This document shows, in pieces, positions 55,361 through 64,000 of a stretch of DNA of 64,000 nt. The notes below the pieces were generated by a model. That model saw nothing but the letters and a program-made list of their open reading frames with translations. It made no database searches and was not told the DNA's origin. How positions within the stretch are numbered: the stretch's first letter is position 1; every line of letters begins with the position of its first letter. The stretch comes from Lingula anatina. Its lineage: Eukaryota > Animalia > Brachiopoda. The translations under genes and the position numbers were made by a program. The stretch spans positions 60,552,788 through 60,616,787 of the forward strand of contig CM120640.1 of assembly GCA_051362555.1 (NCBI GenBank), in the 5' to 3' direction.

Positions 55361-56408
55361 AATGTGAAGGACTTGAGGTTTTTTTCAGTCTGGATTTTTT
55401 TGGGCTGTTACTTTTCTTTTTGAAAAAATGTCGTCTTTCATTTTACATTAAAAGCAAGTTGTGAATATAGATAGTTCAGTAGAAAAATGTTAAGGACGAA
55501 AAGATGACAGGTTCGGAAATTCAGTATTTTATTTATTTTTGGCAAATGCATCACAAATACACACACACAGCTACTTCTTGGCCAGCTTCATGGCAACCAG
55601 TCAGAATTATATTGAAGAGATCTCCAATGAATTGCTTTAAGTTAATTAAAGAAATCTATCATGAAACTGCATGTCAATGTACCCATTGTAACTGAATTAT
55701 GTATATCTACCAAACATGATATATTAAGTATCATAGTTCTTAACACTCAACATAATGAAAATTACCATTTAAAGGAACTGCAGGCTTAGCCAAAAATGTG
55801 AAAATATGTTTATACATATTAGGTTCAAGAGAGACATTGTTATATCCATTGGGTTAAATGATATCACTAACATATTTATCTTTTTGTTATTGTATTCCAT
55901 TAAATGAGAAATGCCTAAACTATCTTCAAAGTTTTTGGGAAATACGTTAATATGTATTCTTCAGAACATCACAAAAGCCTTTATTATGACAGAGTTACTG
56001 CCATTATTATTCAGTAATTTGTGTGTACATATATTCAAGTTGCCATCTGCTTTGGTGCTGTAAAGCTATTAGATAAAACAAGTGAATAAAAAGAAGTGCA
56101 ATACCAAACTGGATCTATTTTTACTCGTGGAATTGCAGCTTAAAATGACTTGTTTTACAAAACAAACAATAGTTTGAGCAAAATGACAGTAAAATTTCTT
56201 AATACAAATTGCATAAAAGTTTTTGCTAAATACACATTTCTTCACAAGGCATGCACTCGACACTCCTATGTAATGAAAATGCTGTACACTAACAAAACTA
56301 AATGTAGCTTAGCAAAAATTATTTCAACTTCCATGTTATAAATCAGAAATTTACATGTCCAGTTTTTAGCATTTCATTTGGCAAGACTTCTCTGCAGATT
56401 TACTGGTA

Positions 56409-59400
56409 CTAGGAGTTGTAGTTCAGCTGTATAGTCCACGGTTTCCACACTGGCACTTCCATCACAGGTAACGTCAAACATTTTGTCCCAGAGTTGTAGG
56501 TGAGCTGCAGTTCTGTAGAGGCAGATTCTAGAAGAAAAAAAAATGAAGTGGATTAGTGCTGCAAAAAAATTTGCAATTTGTCAGCTTTTTGTTATGTATT
56601 GTGTAATAAAGAGTCAAAAATGGAAATGAACTCGAGTCAGTGCAGTTTGTCAGATTCAGTCCCTCACTATGTTCTTAATCTCAGAATGGAGCAAACTGGA
56701 CATTTAAAATTGTTCTGTCGATATTTTTCCCATCTTAACCATTTTTTAGTTGATCATTTAAAAATGACATAAATTGGTTATTGTGTATTATGTAATAAGT
56801 GTTGGAAATGAAAATTACACATTTCAGTACTTGTGTACATATTGGCATTTATAAGGTGTGACATCAAATTTCCATGGGCCTTAAGACCTTTGCTAGTCAC
56901 ATTATCCAAATATCTGTGTTACCTGCATTGAACAATTTAAAATTAATGTTATTATAAGCTGTTAAGCATTATGTAACACTGTATCAAAATTGATACAAAT
57001 TTTGTGTACTGCCACTACAAATGCTCTAAAAGGAAAACTGCCTTACTTATGTATATTTATAGTTACAAAAATGAATTACATACAGCTCAATTTGGTATAC
57101 GAGCTTGATTGCATCATTTTTTCTTTCTTGTTTTCTGCACATTTGACAGCTTTGCTGCCTTGTTTCTAATTGTACTTGCTGAAGAGCGCAAAAGACAAAA
57201 CTGTGCCATGACAAGATTACCCACATCCTTGGATATGGCACTTGGAGATGACACAAGATTAGCCCATATACTTATAAACTATTGTTTCAAAATCCTAGGG
57301 AAGCCCACCTTGAACTAATGTTGCAGACACTGGCCTTTTTTCCATTCCAACTATGTACATTTTGTTCACTGAAGACTGGGGTTTATAGTTGCAAGAATTC
57401 ACTCTGAAAAGACCAAAAAATGTTCAGTTCATCTCTTGTTATGGCCTACATCTCTTTGTCTTTGCTACTTTGAAATAATCAGTGATGTAATTTATTTTTC
57501 AAAATCTAAACTAGCATATCTGAGCAGAGAAAAGAGAAAATGAAAAAAGTATGTTTGTCTCAATATCTAACCTGCACTCAATTCTATCTTCTTTGAAAGA
57601 GTATTCCAAGTAAAGATAATTCCCAGATTTATAATCAAATGAATGTCCATCATCTATATAAAGTGTGCCACATGCAGCTCCCTGTAAATTAAAAAAAACA
57701 TTGACCTTTATGATAAATATTTTATGAAAAACAACTATTTCAGTGGTATAAGTATATGAAGACTGTAATTTAAAGTACATCAATTAAATAAACAGTAATA
57801 TATTTTCTAAAATATTCTATCAAAATGACTCTTTAAGTTTGATATGAAAAATAATTTCAGCTTATATTTTTAAAAAGCCTCACTGTAACACTTTCAACCT
57901 ATAGACTAGTACCTGAGAATCTAAAGCAATATAAAGAATTACAGGATCATCTTTCATGAGCTCTGATGACAGCTGAATCTTTGCCTTTCGAGGGATAATA
58001 GTCCCTCCCCTCTGAAACACTGGAGTCTGGAAATATTCAACATAACCCGATTATTTAATGCGTCAAAATAATTACTCAAAAGGTTTGGAAACAAAGGCTT
58101 TTGTGGATATTTCATTTGATCATTTCAAGACAATGATCAAATGGTATGAATAATAATGTGGGTTTCTTTCAATAAATATGAAATTTTAAACTGTCTTGGG
58201 TAGATTTACCATACTTAGACTAAAAGAATCGTATCAATCATTACCTTTTTAAGTGTGACTGCAACCTCATGTCTCTGTCCACCATTCAAGGCTAAGTTAC
58301 TGTCAACATCATACCAGAGCTACAAGTCAAATGAAGATTTTGAATATATAAATGATCTTTGAAATCTAAATTTAGGATATCGATTACTGTATTAGATTAG
58401 ACCACAAATGTGGCCATAATATATTCATGTCAAAGCATGGTAAACCAAAATGTAAACAAATCATGTACATTTTGGGCATATTTCCCTGAGTTTCAGTCTA
58501 CTGGAAAGCCACCTCTATCATCAGGCCACCATGCCTTCCCACTGAACCTTAATGAAGAGTTGCCATCATTACTCTGAAGTGCAGGGTGAGGCAGAGAGAC
58601 TGAATCAAACTAATCTATTTTTTAAGGTGAAATGGAACAAGTCCTTATGATCTCAAAAAAGCCTATTCACACTTTTGTCTGATAACCACAAGAACTTTTT
58701 TCATCAAAAGACCACATTACAGTAAGACCCCAGCTTTGCCTTGGATACTTGAAAAACACAATAATTTTATGAATACTCAAAAGATCTTGCATAATTCAGA
58801 CATTCTGATGTTTGACCACTCTCCTCACCTCTTTCTCCCCTGGACAATAGACTTCAACTGATTTAGCAGCAGCAGTAGTTACAGGGTGAACCAAAAGAGC
58901 ATTTCCTGGAAGCAAAAAAAAAAAAATAATAAAAAATAAAAAAATCACCATGAATTAAGGATTGTGGAGAAGACAAACCTCACTTATACATACAGATTTA
59001 CCCAAAGAAACACAATAATTGCAGTTAAATTGCATGCCATCTTAAGTGGGTTGCACCCCCCCCCCCCCCCCCCCCCCCCCCAAATAAACTAACAAGTACC
59101 AATTTTCTATGTAGCACTTCTAAATGCAATTAGCCTACTTTCATCATAAAATCTTGACTACCTATCATAAAACAATCTTCCACTGTAAATGTCTGCTCTT
59201 CTTTAGGAAACTCCACCCACAAGGGTCTTATAACTGGCCTACAGTGAATTTCAGCCTCATAGAATAGTGTATACCAGTATGGCAGCAGTCTATATCTGGC
59301 ATAGATGGCTTGTCGGATGGCCTCTAGGTGTTCAGGAGGCTGAAGATAGGGCTCTCTTCTTTTGCTTCCTTTTGTTGAATGCTCTCTAAAGAATGGTTGG

Positions 59401-61067
59401 TATGCAGCAGTCTGCAATATAAAATACACTGTATTTTGCACTTTGTTTTTTTTTTCAATGTTTGTGTAAATATATAATCCCACTGAACATCATCAAGATG
59501 AATGCTTAAATGTCTATTTATAGTCTACAGCCTTAAGTCTCAAATCCCAGTGACACAAATGTTGTTTCTTTCCTCTCAGCCTGAGTCTAAAAGTCTAAAA
59601 ATATCTTAATCCAAAAAAATATTCGGAAACAAATCACTTCAGAATTGAATTCATAAAGGAAAGGAATACAACATCAACAAACCCATATAAACTTACGATC
59701 TGACTGTAATAAATGATATTACCTGGTACCACCTTGTAAGCAGTTCTGCAGTTGGTTCCCCTTCAAATCCCCCTACATCTGTCCCACACAAATTGATACC
59801 GAAGAGATTGAGTGTCATCAGCATTGGCATTGAGAGTTTCAGGTGTTCCCAGCTGGCAACATTGTCCCCTGTCCATACAGCCCCTAAAACACAATGTTCA
59901 CAATGTTCCAACCAAAATATGGCAGTGAGTTTTTCTAAGGTGTAAAATTTGTATTAGCAAAAACTTGGTAATAAACTAGTTATCCCATTAACTGATAATA
60001 TTAAAACAAAACCAGTCACAATTTTCATAGTTGAATATTTATTCCATGTGTCAATTCAGCTTATATGTTTTTCTCTACAAAAACATAACCGACATATTAT
60101 ATCATTTCTTATTAATTTCAATGTAAGCAATAATATTACACCTATTTTTAGCTATTATCATATTCTACACATGACTTTCATCTGTACATACCCCATCTCT
60201 GTGAACCAGCAAAGAAGCTTCTTGACAGCACAAATGGTCTCTCTTTTCCAGATGACCTGTCTAAAAGTCCCTTATAGGTTGCCATTTGCTGAAAATATAT
60301 AGGATTATTGTGTGATAAGTATAATTGAAAGTAAAGCATGCATGCAAATGATATAAACCAGTAGACCCTTGCACCTGCCCAACATATTTCCATAAACACT
60401 GTCTATCAACTGAAAGAAAACAAGACACTTTCCATACAGGTAATAAACCAACTTAAGTCTTCTAAAACAACCTGGTGCATTCTATATACACTGTGTACTA
60501 ACCTGGTACATTCCATACATACTGTGTACTAACCTGGTACATTCCATATATACTGTGTACTAACCTGGTACATTCTATATATACTGTGTACTAATCTGGT
60601 GCATTCCATATATACTGTGTACTAAACTGGTACATACCATATATACTGTGTACTAACCTGGTACATTCCATACACACTGTGTACTAACCTGGTACATACC
60701 ATATATACTGTGTACTAACCTGGTACATTCTATATATACTGTGTACTAACCTGGTACATACCATATATACTGTGTACTAACCTGGTACACTCCATACACA
60801 CTGTGTACTAACCTGGTACATACCATATATACTGTGTACTAACCTGGTACATTCCATACACATTGTGTAAATCCCTGTGCTCCCATCCCTTGTAATGAAC
60901 TGCGTCCTTGGTCATAGTAGTGTCTGGGTTACCAAAGATGGAAGGTTCATTCATGTCATTCCATATATGCAGCTGTAAAGTAGATCCTTGGTATTTCTCC
61001 AAGGAAAATTGACTGGCCCAGTAATCACGTACCTCAGGATTGGTGTAGTCAAGCCAGCAGCTGTCAC
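56409..61067 (-). CDS. GH31 neutral alpha-glucosidase (GANAB/GANC-like), 3' ten exons; the 5' part lies beyond the window
   Basis: [11 protein letters not shown], nucleophile motif [36 protein letters not shown], acid/base motif [37 protein letters not shown] and [14 protein letters not shown] at 56409-56411. Paralog identity is uncertain. Confidence 0.9.
56590..57175 (+). repeat. Diverged inverted copy of the repeat family at 61075-62140, in the last glucosidase intron
   Basis: Blocks gcagtttgtcagattca...ctcagaatgga (~56642), catattggcattt.aaggtgtgac...gctagtcacatt (~56838) and acatttgacagctttgctgccttgtt (~57139) match the reverse complements of ~62040-62100, ~61487-61552 and ~61076-61101, in collinear inverted order. 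Confidence 0.8.
60469..60862 (-). repeat. 31-bp minisatellite (~12.5 copies) made of a glucosidase exon end plus splice donor
   Basis: Plus-strand unit actaacctggtacattccatatatactgtgt with period 31 (60501, 60532 and onward). The copy at 60844 is the true exon end (YGMYQ|gttagt). Confidence 0.95.
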
Positions 61068-61299
61068 CTTTTGTAACAAGGCAGCAAAGCTGTCAAATGT
61101 ACAGACAAAAAACAGGAAATAACTATGCACAAAATAGGCTACTGTCAATTCTGATGCAAAAGCACATTATGTTAAACTGCAAATTCAACATCAAATTTTA
61201 ATTATCCTCAACAGGTAATACCAATGTAATTAAAATATGTGACAAGTTTACACTTTGAAAATGTATAACTTCCAGAAAAAGAAGTCACTTAGACTGCTT

Positions 61300-64000
61300 T
61301 TCCAACTCAGACTGCATTTTAGTCCTGTATTTCTTTTTTGAAAGTTCGGCAATCATAATGGTCATCATGGCAGCAGCACCCAAAATTGTGTTTTCTTCTA
61401 TTCTGATGCAATATTACATAATGGTTAACAGCATAATGACCGTCAATTTTTAATAATAAAATATACGTATCATGGATTTTCAGAAAATGTGACTAGCATG
61501 GGTCTTCAAGCCCGTGGAACTTCAAAGTCACACCTTGAAAATGCCAATATGTGAAAAATTAAATTTTCACAAAATAACTGTTTAACTGGCAGTAAGAATT
61601 ACCAAACAGACTGTATTTCCTACTGAAGCTGTATTTTAGTCCCATGTTTCTTTCCTGTAAGTTTGAGAACAGTAAATGACATGGTTTTTCTTAAATGGTC
61701 ATCATGGGAGCAGTGCCCAAAATAGTTTTTTTTTTTTCAAATTTTGATGCAATATTACATAATGTTTAACAGCATAATGACCATCAACTTTAATAATAAA
61801 ATATTAGTATTATGGATATTCAGAAAATGTGACTAGCAAAGGTCTTCAGGCTCATGGAACTTCAGTCACAACTTGAAAATGCCAAAATGTAAACGAGACA
61901 GCACTGATCTGAAATGTTTTTTTTCCATTTTTAACAATTTTTAACATAAAACAAAATTAACAGTTTTCTGCCGTTTTTATATTATCAACTAAGAAAATTG
62001 ATGAGATGGGAAAAATATCAACAGAGCAGTGTTAAATGTCCAATCTCTTCCATTCTGAGATTCTGAACATAGTGAATGATTGAATCTGACAAACTGCAAT
62101 GATATTTCCATTTTTGAAACTTTATTACACAATACACGAGAACAAGTTTACCATCATTTTTACATAATCAACTAATAATGTTGTAAAATTGCAGGAAATG
62201 CCAAACAAACACTTTTACGTATCTTATTAGTTCAATAATGAAACTGTTTACATGCCTAAGAATTAAATCTGAGAAAATGTGAAAAAAACTGCATTTCTTT
62301 AAAATAATGGCCCGATTATGCTGATTTTTGAACTCAACCTGTGTTTTAGCAGAAATGACCACTCCTGTGAGTTTAATGACAATTGGCCTATCTGTTTTTC
62401 TTATATTGTGTTTACAGTGTTGCATATATGCTGAAAAGTGAAAAAACAAAAAGCATAACTACTAAAATAGTGGTCTGATCATGCCGGTTTTCGAACTTGA
62501 CCTGCGTTATAGTAAGATTGATTACTCCTGTGAGTTTCATGACAAAAAGCTTATCGGTTTTCCTTGAAATGTGTTTACAGTGTTGCATATATGCTGAAAA
62601 GTGAAAAAACAGCATAACTTCTACATTAATTGCCCGATCATGCTGATTTTCGAACTTGACCTGCATTTTATGAATATTCATCAGCTCTGTAAATATACAG
62701 CCAAAAAGTAAAACTGCCTTCCACTTATCATGTTTACAATGAAAGTGCATGGCACCAGCGACAGCGACAGTGACGGCAACGACGGCGACGACAGACGCAG
62801 GTGATGGCAATATGTACAGACACATCTGTACATATTAACTGTACTGTTTGAGAACAGTAAGTGACATGGTTTTTCTTAAATGGTCATCATGGGAGCAGTG
62901 CCCAAAATAGGTTTTTTTCAAATTTTGATGCAATATTACATAATGTTTAACAGCATAATGATCATCAATTTTTAATAATAAAATATTAGTATCATGGACA
63001 AATAGTAAACGTGACTTACAAAGGTTTTTAGGCCGATGGAACTTCAAAGTCACACCTTAACAATGCCAAAATGTAAACAAGACTGCACTGTTCTGAAATG
63101 GGTTTATTTCCATTTTTAACACTTTTTTTAACATAAAACAAAATTAATAGGTTACTGCCATTTTTATATGATCAACTAAGAAAATTGATGAGATGTGAAA
63201 AATATCAATAGAACAGTGTTAAATGTCCAATTTCTTCCATTCTGAGATTCTGAACATAGTGAATGATTGAATCTGACAAACTGCAATGATATGAGTTTAT
63301 TTCCATTTTTGACACTTTATTACACAATACACGATAAGTTTACCATCATTTTTACATAATCAACTAACAATGTTGTAAAGATTCAGGAAATGTCAAACAA
63401 ACACTTTTACGTATCTTATTACTTAAATAATAAGGCTATTAACATGCCTAAGAATTAAATCTGAGGAAATCTGAGGAAATGTGAAAAAACAGCATAACTT
63501 CTAAAATAATGCCCCGATTATGCTGATTTTCGAACTCAACCTGCATTTTAGTAAGACTGACCGTTCCTGTGAGTTTAATGACAATTGGGCTTTCTGTTTT
63601 TCTTATATTGTGTTTACAGTGTTGCATATATGCTGAACAATGAAAAAACCGCATAACTACTAAAATAGTGGCCAGATCATGCTGATTTTCGAACTTGACC
63701 TGCGTTTTAGTAAGATTGATTACTCCTGTGAGTTTCATGACAACAGGCCTAATGGTTTTCCTTAAAATGTGTTTACAAGGTTGCATATATGCTGAAAAGT
63801 GAAAAAACAGCATAACTTCTACAATAATGGCCCGATCATGCTGATTTTCGAACTTGACCTGCGTTTTATGAATATTCATCAGCTCTGTAAATATAAAGCC
63901 AAAAAGTAAAACTGCCTTCCACTTATCATGTTTACAAGGAAAGTGCACGGCGACGGCATCGGCATCGGCATCGGCATCGCCATCGGCATCGGCATCGGCG
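61300..64000 (-). mobile_element. Second HINE-like repeat family, tandemly duplicated (~1.19-kb unit), with 159-bp internal repeats and a GC-rich microsatellite; truncated by the window end
   Basis: gtttgagaacagtaaRtgacatgg... occurs at ~61661 and ~62847, with a partial third copy at ~61340. gctgattttcgaactYRacctg recurs at 63522, 63681 and 63840 (period 159) and at 62320, 62482 and 62642. (CGGCAT)n at 63948-64000, with a decayed equivalent at 62751-62800. Termini are not visible. Confidence 0.62.

Noticed and set aside
57109-57318. Two ORFs sharing CTFDSFAAL (also 60951-61148) as a small gene family
   Set aside because: Explained by the inverted non-coding repeat within glucosidase introns.
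62168-63948. 93-166 aa ORFs with repeated FENQHDRA motifs
   Set aside because: They arise from 159-bp (3n) DNA repeats. The frame is broken between duplicate copies and no domain is recognisable.

Overview
AT-rich, intron-containing metazoan genomic DNA. A lophotrochozoan or mollusc-like source is inferred from repeat style and protein divergence, not proven. It is not prokaryotic, and most ORF-track entries are exon fragments or spurious. Seven spliced genes are present: RIC1 (-), DYNLT5/TCTEX1D1 (+), ZYG11-like (-), COA7-like (+), MCMBP (-), SEC23IP/DDHD2 (+) and the 3' part of a GH31 neutral alpha-glucosidase (GANAB/GANC-like, -). The first six form three head-to-head pairs, and two of these (MCMBP-SEC23IP, ZYG11-COA7) are, from recall, also divergent neighbours in human. 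Mobile DNA comprises a 4.2-kb Helentron/HINE-type element carrying a 146-bp satellite, a PIF/Harbinger MITE (TTA TSD), a foldback-type element (8-bp TSD) and a second HINE-like family at the right end. The most unusual observations are: (1) in two unrelated genes the exon end plus 5' splice donor has itself been amplified into a tandem array of decoy donors; (2) the 146-bp satellite carries about 16 perfect nuclear-receptor DR1 elements; (3) inverted repeat copies bracket nine glucosidase exons in circRNA-like geometry; (4) MCMBP has an AT-AC minor intron and SEC23IP a 12-nt microexon. I cannot claim a wholly new system. The splice-donor arrays are the best candidate for an under-described phenomenon. 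All coordinates were read by eye and may be off by a few bases.
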